A stretch of 64,000 nt of DNA from a virus. The notes beneath the pieces are model-generated. The model was not told the DNA's origin and searched no databases. It saw only the letters and a list, made by a program, of their open reading frames with translations. The stretch covers positions 1 through 64,000 of the IMG/VR virus record IMGVR_UViG_3300021963_000060, one strand, 5' to 3'. This document shows, one piece after another, positions 46,701 to 56,668 of this stretch. A program made the position numbers and the translations under genes. Within the stretch, counting starts at the first letter, position 1, and each line of letters begins with the position of its first letter.

Positions 46701-47351
46701 TTATAGAAGACTTCCAGGACCATCACCGATTTCAAAGTATTGAACTTGGAATTCAACAGTGAATTCTTCGATGGTGTCTGAAGTATCGTATGATAAGTCA
46801 ATCTGTGAGATATTTGTTGGGAAAATATCGTAGAACTTGTATGATCTTAGTACAGTTGCTTGACCTTCTCCAGTAGCACCAAATCCAGGACCTTGTGCAT
46901 TAACTGAATTGATTACCTTTGTTCCTTCTTTCTTGTCGCTTCTTCCTAGTTGATAAACACTAGCATTTCTCATATAAGATGCTGGGTTGGTAGCACCTGT
47001 AGCATTATCTAGTTTGCTGAGTAGGTTCATCCATGCCTCAAAAGCATGTCTTAGTTTGAAGTCTTCGTCATTGATTACAGTAACAGTCCAAGTATCGAAA
47101 GTTCTATCACCAGCAACTTTAAGAATTCTTCCTCTAAAGGGAACATCAATTGGTGCTACGTTTGATGCTGGGAGAGCAGCAGACTTGCAGAGAAATCTGA
47201 AGTCAGTTTGTGCCTCACTATCCCAGATAGCACCAATTTCTGCGGGGAAATCATCGAGAGCAACTTCGAATAGATTAGGTCTAGCACCGCCTCCAGCTAA
47301 TCTTGTCTTGAAGGCGGAAATATTTTTGATTGATGGTCCGTTAGCAGCCAT
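46701..47351 (-). CDS. gp19: Tail tube protein
   Basis: GGARPNLF, FRGRILKVAGDRTF, IEEFTVEF. Confidence 0.97.
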   Translation of the reverse strand: MAANGPSIKNISAFKTRLAGGGARPNLFEVALDDFPAEIGAIWDSEAQTDFRFLCKSAALPASNVAPIDVPFRGRILKVAGDRTFDTWTVTVINDEDFKLRHAFEAWMNLLSKLDNATGATNPASYMRNASVYQLGRSDKKEGTKVINSVNAQGPGFGATGEGQATVLRSYKFYDIFPTNISQIDLSYDTSDTIEEFTVEFQVQYFEIGDGPGSLL

Positions 47352-47390
47352 TTTAGGGTCCTCCTATTGTAATTAATTTAGAATTTAGAA

Positions 47391-49595
47391 TTAAACTCTT
47401 CCAACAACTTCTTCAAATGAAACTCCTGTTCTAGTAGCAACAAATGTTAGTGTTACATAGTTAATTGATTTAGCTGGTTTTAGGAAAATATCAGCTCTGA
47501 ATTCATTATTATCGATTACGTCAGGAGTATTGTTTGATTCATCACATACAACTAGGAAACCGTATAGGCCTCTCTTAGCTTGAACCTCTCTCAGATAAGG
47601 TTCTACTATGTTAACAAAGTTTGCTCTGGTGATTTCATCGTTCAACTCAAATAGTTGTGCTTGTGCAGTTCTCTCTAGAGCCTGCTCAACTGTTAAGAAT
47701 AGTCTTCTAACGTTAATTCTATCAAAGGCAGAAGAATAACCGAGAGCGGTCTTATCACCGAATAATATAATTCCAATTCCTGGTTGATTAACTATTGAAT
47801 TAATTCTCTTAGGATAAAGTTGATCTCTCTGTGCCTTCGATGGGTTATATGCAAGTTTAATTGCATTATTGAGGACACCTCTTTGTTGTCCTGCAGGAGA
47901 GAACCATGGATAAGAATTAATACTTGTTCTTACGCATAGACCCGCAATATCTGCATTGCATGGTACATATCTGAATAGATTGTTGAATCTATCGTAAGTG
48001 TACTTATATCCAGTATCGAAGATTGCGTATGATGAAGAGGATAGAGGACTAAAGAACTCAATGATATTATCAGTTTGAGTATCTGCATTTCCTACATCAA
48101 TTACGTCTCCTCTGTGAGGAGAAATAACGGCCATACAATCTTTTCTATTAGATGCTAGGGAAATCAGTTCGTTTGCTTTTGCCTGACTTTCAAACTTGTT
48201 TGTTAGGCCAGGACCCATGATTAAGTAATCAACTTCAATATCTCTATTTCCAAATAACTTGTATGAAGTAATTAGGTCACCTAGAGTTGCCTTCATTCCA
48301 CCTTCATTATTAGCACCAGAGTAATCTTTACCACCCTGGAGAGAATAAGTTACGTTTCCGATGGAACTGAATGTTACTCCTTGTGCAGGTTGGTTCCAAG
48401 AACCATCTGCTTCTCCGATTCTTTCCCAAGTAGTTTTTCCATCAACAACTTCAAAACCACCAGGTACTGGTGCAGTATTGTTGTAAGTATCTACTCCAGT
48501 AGAAGGATTATCACCTGCATAAATGAAACTTGAGTAGTTTGCTATGTAATTCTTCCACCATGTCTTTTGTGGAGCATTTACTTGTGATACTGAGTCAAAT
48601 GCCTTTGAGATGAAGAGATGCTTCTCAAGAAGGTTACCTTGAATTCCAGTTACCTTTCCTTCGTCATCAACGATTACAACGTGCATTGCATCGTTCTTAC
48701 CACTTCTCTCTAGAACATAATTATTAGTGATTGGTTTTGGTGCAATAGACTTCCAGAATAAAGTCGTATTGCTTAGTGTTAGAGTCTGTTGATCATACCA
48801 ATCTACAACATCGGTGACTGTTTGAGCCATTCCGACATATGAACCAAGTTGGTCACGGAATCTTAGAGTATCACCTTCTAGGAAAGAATTAGTTCTGCTT
48901 CTTTCTGCATAATCTACAAATGTTTCTGCACCACTTGAAGAAACTCTAGAAATGATTCTTACATCAATCTTTGATTTTCCAGTAGCAGAAGTTGTTACTC
49001 CAGTAACAATACCTTTGATATAACCACTGAAGAGTTCTGTTGCACCTACTCCAGCTCTTACGCTATTGATCCCTACAGTTACACCAGCACCAATAACTGC
49101 ACCAATTCCTGCTGGGTTAGTAGTTGCAATCCCGATTGTTTGGTCTGCTAAATCGTCAATTACACAAATCTTTAGGGAATTTGCCCAAGTTCCTGGGTTC
49201 TTAGCAGCAAAGATGTAGTCTGCTACGTCATCTGCCCAATTTGAGTTATAATCGTCAAAGTTCTTAATCTTAACAGCATCTGAGTAGGAAATTCCTACAC
49301 CAGCGTTTGCGTTGTTTAGAAACTCACCATCAGTTCTTACTACTTTTAGAACACCACCATAACTAAGGAATGAGGAAGCACTCATCCAGTATTCGTATTG
49401 TGCATCTACTGAGCGTGGCTTACCGAATACATTAATTAGTTCTTGCTCGGTGGTAATATCAACTGGCTCATCGACTGGACCTTGTGCATATGGACCAGCA
49501 ATCGCTCCGATGTTATCTAAAACATTATCAGCTCTTCCTACCGTTAAATCAACTTCTCTGACGAGTACGCCCGGAGATAATTGAGGAGTCGCCAT
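47391..49595 (-). CDS. gp18: Tail sheath protein
   Basis: LSPGVLVREVDLT, PWFSPAG, AFDRINVRRLF, KPAKSINY; late promoter at 49630-49636. Confidence 0.98.
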   Translation of the reverse strand: MATPQLSPGVLVREVDLTVGRADNVLDNIGAIAGPYAQGPVDEPVDITTEQELINVFGKPRSVDAQYEYWMSASSFLSYGGVLKVVRTDGEFLNNANAGVGISYSDAVKIKNFDDYNSNWADDVADYIFAAKNPGTWANSLKICVIDDLADQTIGIATTNPAGIGAVIGAGVTVGINSVRAGVGATELFSGYIKGIVTGVTTSATGKSKIDVRIISRVSSSGAETFVDYAERSRTNSFLEGDTLRFRDQLGSYVGMAQTVTDVVDWYDQQTLTLSNTTLFWKSIAPKPITNNYVLERSGKNDAMHVVIVDDEGKVTGIQGNLLEKHLFISKAFDSVSQVNAPQKTWWKNYIANYSSFIYAGDNPSTGVDTYNNTAPVPGGFEVVDGKTTWERIGEADGSWNQPAQGVTFSSIGNVTYSLQGGKDYSGANNEGGMKATLGDLITSYKLFGNRDIEVDYLIMGPGLTNKFESQAKANELISLASNRKDCMAVISPHRGDVIDVGNADTQTDNIIEFFSPLSSSSYAIFDTGYKYTYDRFNNLFRYVPCNADIAGLCVRTSINSYPWFSPAGQQRGVLNNAIKLAYNPSKAQRDQLYPKRINSIVNQPGIGIILFGDKTALGYSSAFDRINVRRLFLTVEQALERTAQAQLFELNDEITRANFVNIVEPYLREVQAKRGLYGFLVVCDESNNTPDVIDNNEFRADIFLKPAKSINYVTLTFVATRTGVSFEEVVGRV

Positions 49596-49676
49596 GTTTT
49601 TCTCCTGAAATTCTCAGTTTATCTGAAAATATTTATTAAAACCTATATTTTCAGGTGATAAAACAGTGCATGAACA

Positions 49677-49904
49677 TCACCAGTCAGGATATTCCCACAT
49701 TACTTCTTTATTTTTCTTTTTTCTTGAGCTTATTACCCTTTTTATAGAGCAAGATTTGCATTCATATGAATATGAAGATGGTTGATATTTATTTTTTCTT
49801 GTTCGATAAAATCCATCAATAAGATCTTTTACTTCACCACATGTTCTACATGTTCTTTCTGTGAGGTATAAGTGTTCTACCTGAAAATGATCATCGACAT
49901 CCAT
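49677..49904 (-). CDS. Small zinc-finger protein
   Basis: RTCRTCG...YECKSC. Confidence 0.7.
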   Translation of the reverse strand: MDVDDHFQVEHLYLTERTCRTCGEVKDLIDGFYRTRKNKYQPSSYSYECKSCSIKRVISSRKKKNKEVMWEYPDW

Positions 49905-51547
49905 TAGACATAATCCCACATATAAGACATGTTTCCATATTCATCGGAATACCAGCGATCTCCATTATCATCCACAAAACTATCATTTTCTGTACCATTA
50001 ACAATAAATCCAAATGGAGACATATCTTGTTCTATTTGATTCTTTTGTTCTTCATATAGTCTTTTTCTTATGTCTTGATCAGTCAGTTCTTTAAAATAGT
50101 CTTGAGCAACTAACCAAGCATAGATTACTAGACACATAGCAAGGTCATCATTACAACCATCTTCTGCTTCAAATGAATTTCCCTTTTGAATAAAAGTCGT
50201 TAGTTCACTTATGATCTCATAATCTGAGAATAATAATTTACCTTCTTCAATTAATGTTTTTAAATTTAAGCATCCAACTTTCTTAACGGTCTTGGACATC
50301 TTAACTCCAAGTTGAGTTTTCTTTCCAGAAAATCCCTGACCAACAATTTGACCTGCCCTACCTCTCATAGAGCACATAAGAACATTTTGATATTCTAGAT
50401 CATAGTTTAAAATTGAAGCCACCTGATCTCCAATATCATTTACTTCGCATAGTATATAAGCATTATTGTAATTTTTAGCTACTTCGTATATAATTGAAGG
50501 AAAGAGCATAGGTTTTATTTCATTATTCCTATACTTTGCTACAACTTTATGGGGGAATTGAGTTATATCGGTAACTACGAAAGCAGAATAATCATTTCCA
50601 ACTCCCCTAGCAACGTCCACCGTAATTATGTAATCATGCTCTTCATTTCTTTCTTCATAAACATCAAGTCCAGCATTTCTTAAGATTGGGTTATCATAAA
50701 CCATCGTTCTAAGTTTGGATGGTGATATTAGAGTATCAACTGATCCCAAAAATTCACACTCAAACTCTACTTTAAACTGTTGTTCAGAAGTATTAGCTAT
50801 AGTCTGCTCTTTCCACTTAGCATCCCTACCAGGAACTTCACTCCAATGAACATCGGTGGGAATATATTCATTCTTACTTCTTTCAGCATCATGCCATATT
50901 TTATAAAAATGATTCATCCCATGAGGGGTTGAAACAATAATTACCTTAGTGTTTTTACCAGATGAAATAGTAGGATAAACAGAACTGAAAAACTGATCAG
51001 CAATGTGGTTAGGAATAAACGCAAATTCGTCCAGGAATATAATATTATAAGAGCCACCGCGTACCGCAGAGGCGCTAGTAGAAGCAGCAATAATTTTTGA
51101 CCCATTTTCTAACTCCAGAGATGCTTTGTTCCAAGTCATTACACCCTGTTGTAACCACTTGGGTAAATTTTCGTATGCAGTTTGTAAACGATCTAATAAA
51201 TCTTTTGCAGTAGATGCCTTGTTAGCAAGAATAGCAATATTTACATTATCATTAAAAATTGCATAGTGAAGGAGATATGATACAACAATAGTTGACTTAC
51301 CAGACTGTCTAGGTAACTTGCAAATATTGAAACGATGATTATGAAATCTATCGATCATCAACTCTTGGAATTTATATGGTTTAAACGGTTGTAGACCATA
51401 ATCCAAGGTAACGATCTGAATATAATTTTTTGCAAAGTATATTGGATCGTCCTGACATTTAGCAAATTCTAAAACTTGCTCTTCAGTAAATTCTACAACC
51501 GTATTCGCCTTCTTTAATAAGGGATTACCAAGATAATGATCAGCCAT
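49904..51547 (-). CDS. gp17: Terminase large subunit
   Basis: PRQSGKST, FLDEFAF, STPHG, DVARG, DDLAM. Confidence 0.99.
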   Translation of the reverse strand: MADHYLGNPLLKKANTVVEFTEEQVLEFAKCQDDPIYFAKNYIQIVTLDYGLQPFKPYKFQELMIDRFHNHRFNICKLPRQSGKSTIVVSYLLHYAIFNDNVNIAILANKASTAKDLLDRLQTAYENLPKWLQQGVMTWNKASLELENGSKIIAASTSASAVRGGSYNIIFLDEFAFIPNHIADQFFSSVYPTISSGKNTKVIIVSTPHGMNHFYKIWHDAERSKNEYIPTDVHWSEVPGRDAKWKEQTIANTSEQQFKVEFECEFLGSVDTLISPSKLRTMVYDNPILRNAGLDVYEERNEEHDYIITVDVARGVGNDYSAFVVTDITQFPHKVVAKYRNNEIKPMLFPSIIYEVAKNYNNAYILCEVNDIGDQVASILNYDLEYQNVLMCSMRGRAGQIVGQGFSGKKTQLGVKMSKTVKKVGCLNLKTLIEEGKLLFSDYEIISELTTFIQKGNSFEAEDGCNDDLAMCLVIYAWLVAQDYFKELTDQDIRKRLYEEQKNQIEQDMSPFGFIVNGTENDSFVDDNGDRWYSDEYGNMSYMWDYV

Positions 51548-51578
51548 GATTTAATTTTTTTTATGTTTTTTTATAGTA

Positions 51579-53270
51579 TCAGCAATTCCAAGCTCTAAGT
51601 GACTTATTGATTCTGCTATCGGGATCGTTAGCAGTTTTTGCACTTGTTAGTTTTGATTTCATTCCCTTCATTCTGGCGCAAAATGACGCCCTGCGGGGAT
51701 TTCCAACCTTCTTTGAAGGTGCCTTAAGGTCGCTTCCAGGATTCTCACGCTCATAAGATTTGCGTCCTTTTTCATTTAGACCGCCCTCTTTATTTTTTCC
51801 CGATTCACGAGTCCATGCGGCAGATTCTCCTAATTCTCCAAGTGCTTTTGCTTTGCGAATCTTCTTAGGATTCTTAAGTTTACCACCAGGATAGTTTCTT
51901 TCATCATTACCCTCAAAATCAGGATCTACATTAGCACGATGTCTTGCTGCTCTTTCAGGAGATGCTTTATCTGCGTGAATACCCGCTCTACGATTAGGAG
52001 CAATCTTATCTGCTGCTCTCTTTTCCTTCTGCTTCTGACGACTTCTTTGCTTTTTGAAGTCTTTTATCGTCATACCTTCTTCAATTTCAAACTCTTCTCC
52101 CATTGGTCTTATATAACCTTTACTTGGTTTTGGGTTAGCACTGCTTCCTCCCTGAGGACCAACTGCTTGAATGAGAGCCTGTCCAGGTTGAATTTGAGAA
52201 ATTGAATGATGAACTAAGCTGCAACCTGGATATACTTTTTGTAATTCATCAGTGACTTCTTTTCTGGAAGGTAATTTAGTTTGTGGGAAAAACATATTCA
52301 TTGAATAATATTTTCCTCTCCAAAGCACAGTTGCTAGAATTACATTACCATTTTGCGCTTTCATTCTTGTTGTTGCCTCAGATACCATTGTTTTTTTGAT
52401 ATCTTCTGGTTTAATTAGATCAATAAATTCTACAAACTTATTACCAAACATATCTTCAATTTCTAAACTTTCTGACTTAGTTTTTTTAGATTCTACTTTT
52501 TTTAACTTAGTGTAATAATCAGGAACTTCGTCCAAATGTTGTAATGCGGTTATTCTTGCTGCAGTTTTATCTGAAGTGTGCTCACCTTCAACTTTAATAC
52601 CCATCTCTAATTGCTTTTTAATTGCTTCTAGAGATACTCCATGCTTTTTAGCAATTTCTTTTGGTGACTTATATGCTTGTACAGGACCTTTTGGATCCTT
52701 TTCTTCTTTTACAGAACAATCTTTATAACCATGAACTGGACATCTTTTTTCTTTCTTAGATTTATTGCATTCACAACCTTCTTCTTGTAGAATCTTTTCA
52801 ACTAAAGATAGTTCCTCTTTTTTAACAGTAGGCAAACTAACTGCTGCTGCTTTTTTCTTTTGAAGTTCTATTGCCTTTGGTCCCAATTGCTTAGCTGCAT
52901 CTGGTGTTAGTGCTCCTGCACCAGAAGATTTTTTAACAGCAAAACTAATATCTTTTCCTTCAGGTACACAGTTAGGAACAGTTTTTTTACCTTTTTTCTT
53001 CATTCCAATCTGTTTGTATCCTTTCCAACATGCCTCATCAATTTCTTCATCGCTATCCAAATAGTCGGCCGCAGTATCAATATAGTCTGCTGCTTTAGTA
53101 ATTTTCGATTGTACCCATGCAGGTAGTTGGGTATCTCCACTTTTTATTACTTTTTTTAATCTTTTTACAGATTTTTCAATTGTATCCATCTCATTATGAG
53201 CCATATATCCTTCATCATCCTTCCTTTTACCACTAGCAATTTCTTTGTGGTCTTCAGATAATCTTTTCAT
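51579..53270 (-). CDS. Putative internal head polyprotein of small modules
   Basis: EIDE|ACWKGY...PNCVPE, EHT...ALQHLDE.PDYY, LGE|SAAWTR...SFCARM modules; late promoter at 53291-53297. Confidence 0.7.
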   Translation of the reverse strand: MKRLSEDHKEIASGKRKDDEGYMAHNEMDTIEKSVKRLKKVIKSGDTQLPAWVQSKITKAADYIDTAADYLDSDEEIDEACWKGYKQIGMKKKGKKTVPNCVPEGKDISFAVKKSSGAGALTPDAAKQLGPKAIELQKKKAAAVSLPTVKKEELSLVEKILQEEGCECNKSKKEKRCPVHGYKDCSVKEEKDPKGPVQAYKSPKEIAKKHGVSLEAIKKQLEMGIKVEGEHTSDKTAARITALQHLDEVPDYYTKLKKVESKKTKSESLEIEDMFGNKFVEFIDLIKPEDIKKTMVSEATTRMKAQNGNVILATVLWRGKYYSMNMFFPQTKLPSRKEVTDELQKVYPGCSLVHHSISQIQPGQALIQAVGPQGGSSANPKPSKGYIRPMGEEFEIEEGMTIKDFKKQRSRQKQKEKRAADKIAPNRRAGIHADKASPERAARHRANVDPDFEGNDERNYPGGKLKNPKKIRKAKALGELGESAAWTRESGKNKEGGLNEKGRKSYERENPGSDLKAPSKKVGNPRRASFCARMKGMKSKLTSAKTANDPDSRINKSLRAWNC

Positions 53271-53289
53271 TTCTTGGCTATACTTTTTT

Positions 53290-53658
53290 TTATTTATTAT
53301 AAAACTTTATCTCAGAGTACTCTGACTCTGTTTCTTCATTTATTTTTCTCTTTATCTCAGATCTTCTATCATTATTTTTATATACACTTCTAGCTAAAGA
53401 AATAAATTCATCCCCAAAACTATTCTGATCTTCAAGAAGTCTTATTCTATCTTCTATCGCCCATAGTGTTCTATTAATTTGCAACAACTCAGTTACATAT
53501 TTTTCAATATAAACGTTTTCTTTTTTTGCAATTTTTATAAGATCATTTAATTCCTTCATTACATTTTCATTTTTGGTATGTTGATACTTAATAGAAAGAA
53601 TTGATATCTTATCTAATAGTTCACCAATTGATATTGGAATTAATGGGCATGAATTCAT
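53290..53658 (-). CDS. DUF6165-like protein
   Basis: PISIGELLDKISIL...INRTLWAIED...LARSVYKNNDRRSEIK. Confidence 0.8.
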   Translation of the reverse strand: MNSCPLIPISIGELLDKISILSIKYQHTKNENVMKELNDLIKIAKKENVYIEKYVTELLQINRTLWAIEDRIRLLEDQNSFGDEFISLARSVYKNNDRRSEIKRKINEETESEYSEIKFYNK

Positions 53659-55205
53659 AGTGGATTATCTAAATTGAAATTATTTTTGATTAGGTCAATC
53701 AATTCTTTATTTTTAGAAGCAACTCCAAGTCCAAAAGTGTGAGTAAAAGTTACTTTTGGTAAATCTAGTTCTTCAAAAAATCTTTTAACTCCATATTGAT
53801 TACCATTTAGTTCTTCAACACAAGTATCATGGAAAAGTATTACTCCATTTTCTTTTAAAAATGGAACCCATTTCTCATAATCATTTTTTACTGATTCATA
53901 AGCATGATCTCCATCGATATGAAGTATATCAATTTTTTTATCCCAATCTTTAGCAACGTCATCAAATAAACCTTTGATAAAAGTCACGTTATCTTGCATG
54001 AAAAGTTTTTCTCTTTTACTTAAAACATACTCATAAGATCCATGATTACCACCTGTGAATTTATCTCCTTCAAATGTATCAATACCATAAACATGCCCAA
54101 TACGAGGCATTGCAAAACAGAATGTAGAGAATCCCCAATCAACTCCAAGGTCAACAGTAACTTCTGGTTTGATATAAGAAACTAACCACTCTGCAAAATT
54201 TCTATGACCTTTCCAACATGAAGGAATATCTTCCAAGTTAGTTAAGAATAATTTATCAATAGCAGCACTTCTTTCTGGAGAAGAAAGCATATTTGGATTA
54301 AATCCAGTTGTGAAAATTGTAAGGTTTGGATTATTTACTTTTTGCGAAAGTTCAAACATATATCCAAATGCTTGTGATAAATGAGAACCTCCCATATTCA
54401 TAGATTCGCTTAATGCATGAAATGCATAGTTCATTCCACTTTGAAAATCTCCAAGAGAGAACAAGATCTGACTGCATCGAATGAAAGTTGGTATTCTAAA
54501 ACTATTAAAATATGGTTTTGATACGTTCAAAAATTCTTGGCCATATTCCAATGATTTTTCTAAATTTTGTACACTAAAATAGTGATTAAAAATAAACCAA
54601 ATATAGTACCAATTGTTTGGATCTTTTTTATATTCTCTCTCACAAATAGAAAAATAAAAAAGTTCTTTATCAACCGTTTTATTGAGTTTTTTAGTAATTT
54701 TGATAGTCGTATCTACACTTACTTGATTTGGATATTTTTCTGTAGAAACAAAGTTTGGAACTTCGTGTACAGCATTGACCCAAGTGTAATTATTGGTTCT
54801 ATGAAAACGAGGATGAACTTCATTCGATTGGACTGGTTCATTTTTTCCATTATCATCAAATCTCAAATGATTAAAAGTAGTAAATTCTTCCGCAATTACA
54901 CTAAATCCTTCTGGATGAAATTCATCAACATCTTCATTAAAATCCAGTGCGAAAGCCCAATCAGTTTCCACATAAGAAAGTGCCTGATTTCTTGCTACAG
55001 AGAAATCAAACTCTTCCTTTGTTTGTGGATGCTCGTAAACTTTAATATTAGATTCTTTTAATAGTTCAATTGTTCTATCAGTACTTCCAGTATCGACTAC
55101 GACTACATCATCAAACTTTTTTGCATTTTGAAGAAATTTTTCTACATTCTTTTCTTCGTTTTTACAAATAGAATATAATGTTACTTTCATAAGTATGTAC
55201 TCCAA
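53655..55205 (-). CDS. GT2-type glycosyltransferase - helical/TPR-like region - class I SAM methyltransferase fusion
   Basis: ICKNEE, VDTGSTD, DFSVARN, VHE; C-terminal VDLGVDWGFS, HIDGDHAYESV, FHDT. Confidence 0.88.
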   Translation of the reverse strand: MEYILMKVTLYSICKNEEKNVEKFLQNAKKFDDVVVVDTGSTDRTIELLKESNIKVYEHPQTKEEFDFSVARNQALSYVETDWAFALDFNEDVDEFHPEGFSVIAEEFTTFNHLRFDDNGKNEPVQSNEVHPRFHRTNNYTWVNAVHEVPNFVSTEKYPNQVSVDTTIKITKKLNKTVDKELFYFSICEREYKKDPNNWYYIWFIFNHYFSVQNLEKSLEYGQEFLNVSKPYFNSFRIPTFIRCSQILFSLGDFQSGMNYAFHALSESMNMGGSHLSQAFGYMFELSQKVNNPNLTIFTTGFNPNMLSSPERSAAIDKLFLTNLEDIPSCWKGHRNFAEWLVSYIKPEVTVDLGVDWGFSTFCFAMPRIGHVYGIDTFEGDKFTGGNHGSYEYVLSKREKLFMQDNVTFIKGLFDDVAKDWDKKIDILHIDGDHAYESVKNDYEKWVPFLKENGVILFHDTCVEELNGNQYGVKRFFEELDLPKVTFTHTFGLGVASKNKELIDLIKNNFNLDNPL

Positions 55206-55873
55206 TCAATACAAGGTGATAAAAAATCTTTGTGGCAATGTGTAGAATAACCAGGAATGCTTGAGATTAAATTGCGTCCTCTCCTATGTAGTTCTAAAAA
55301 TTTTCCATGGTCCGCTGAAGGCTCGAAACCAGTAGAAAAATGTCTATGAACTTCTTGATCTTCTTTTAATGTTTTGAACTTTACGGCAAAAGTATTAGTA
55401 GTTGATGGTGTGGGCATCCAATGTGAATATTTTGTCCTAAGAACTTTAGTCATGAAGTCTTTATACATCTCCTGATACTTGTCTCCGTGGTCGTACAAGG
55501 TCACATAATGAACTGGAAGACTAAACCCATCAATTAAAACCTTATCCCATTCGGAACGATGTACATAATCATCTTCTAAGAAATAAATGATAGTTTCATC
55601 ATCAAAATCTTGAGAAAGAATATAGTCTAAAGTCTTACAAAAACTAAGACTTTCTTTACCACAGTTGATTGTAATTGAACTCTCATCTTTGAGAAAAGTG
55701 TCCTTCTGCTTCCCATAACACTCATCAAAGATTATCGTATAATTTGTAGTCTTTTGATTTAATGTTTTCTTAAAATTATTAAATACTTTTTCTTTATCCC
55801 ACCAATCTGGACGATTTGCTCCAGATAAATTGACTTTGGATGTATAACAATGTCTTAAAAATACTTCAATCAT
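55187..55873 (-). CDS. Putative GT-A glycosyltransferase
   Basis: IIYFLEDDYVH, YVTLYDHGDKY, STTNTFA. Confidence 0.65.
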   Translation of the reverse strand: MIEVFLRHCYTSKVNLSGANRPDWWDKEKVFNNFKKTLNQKTTNYTIIFDECYGKQKDTFLKDESSITINCGKESLSFCKTLDYILSQDFDDETIIYFLEDDYVHRSEWDKVLIDGFSLPVHYVTLYDHGDKYQEMYKDFMTKVLRTKYSHWMPTPSTTNTFAVKFKTLKEDQEVHRHFSTGFEPSADHGKFLELHRRGRNLISSIPGYSTHCHKDFLSPCIDWSTYL

Positions 55874-56652
55874 ATATTAAATTTATCATAAAGTTTTACA
55901 TTTTCTATACCAATTACTTCTTCTGCTGGAGGAGAAGTTCTTTGAAGTTTTGGACGAATCTGATGCAGATTATTTATTCCCCATGCATAATCCTTATCTT
56001 CAGAACAAGTGTTGAATATATTAGAAAAATCATGAGAATAAGATTCTACTTCTAAAAATTCATAAATTTTTAAAAGTTCTTTTTCTGGATTTTTTGTTAA
56101 ATCGTTATAGTCAACAAGATGAATATTATCTCTATAATTTGTTAATCCATAAACTAAACTTTCATATGGATCCGAAACATAATTTCTCCATAAGCATTCT
56201 AAACGATTATCAGTCGTGATCATTTTTCCTTCCATTCTCAAATGAGCGTCTACAAAATTATCCTGCTCATTATTTTTTTCTATTAGTAAAATATAAGATG
56301 CTAAAACTTCACTAACTCTTCTATTTGTTGCAATAATTTTTGGTTTTTGTTTAAGAAATTTTTCAATAGAAGAAATATTCTTACACCAAGCTCTGTGTTT
56401 ATCAATAACACAGGGTTTTTCTATATGATTATAAAAATTTTCAAGAATTGAATTATAAGTGTTATAAACTATATTTTTTTTATCGTAAGTATATTGTAAA
56501 TCTATTTTAGAAAATCCATCATCAATAAAACAGAGTAAATCTGAAAGTGGAGATGTTGGAGTTGTTTGTAATTTTGGATGCTGAGAGAGAATTGATCCAA
56601 GTAAAGTAGATCCAGATCTTGGAAGACCTGAAAGAAAAAATAATGTTTTCAT
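55870..56652 (-). CDS. Sulfotransferase
   Basis: PAPS-binding loop GLPRSGSTLL, IDKHRAW, R...LASY; TAAATA at 56666-56671. Confidence 0.88.
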   Translation of the reverse strand: MKTLFFLSGLPRSGSTLLGSILSQHPKLQTTPTSPLSDLLCFIDDGFSKIDLQYTYDKKNIVYNTYNSILENFYNHIEKPCVIDKHRAWCKNISSIEKFLKQKPKIIATNRRVSEVLASYILLIEKNNEQDNFVDAHLRMEGKMITTDNRLECLWRNYVSDPYESLVYGLTNYRDNIHLVDYNDLTKNPEKELLKIYEFLEVESYSHDFSNIFNTCSEDKDYAWGINNLHQIRPKLQRTSPPAEEVIGIENVKLYDKFNI

Positions 56653-56668
56653 AATTAATAGTAATTAT

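Noticed and set aside
1548-51547. Introns or inteins in nrdA, nrdB, gp41, gp43, gp17 or gp20
   Set aside because: All are continuous ORFs of normal length with contiguous motifs
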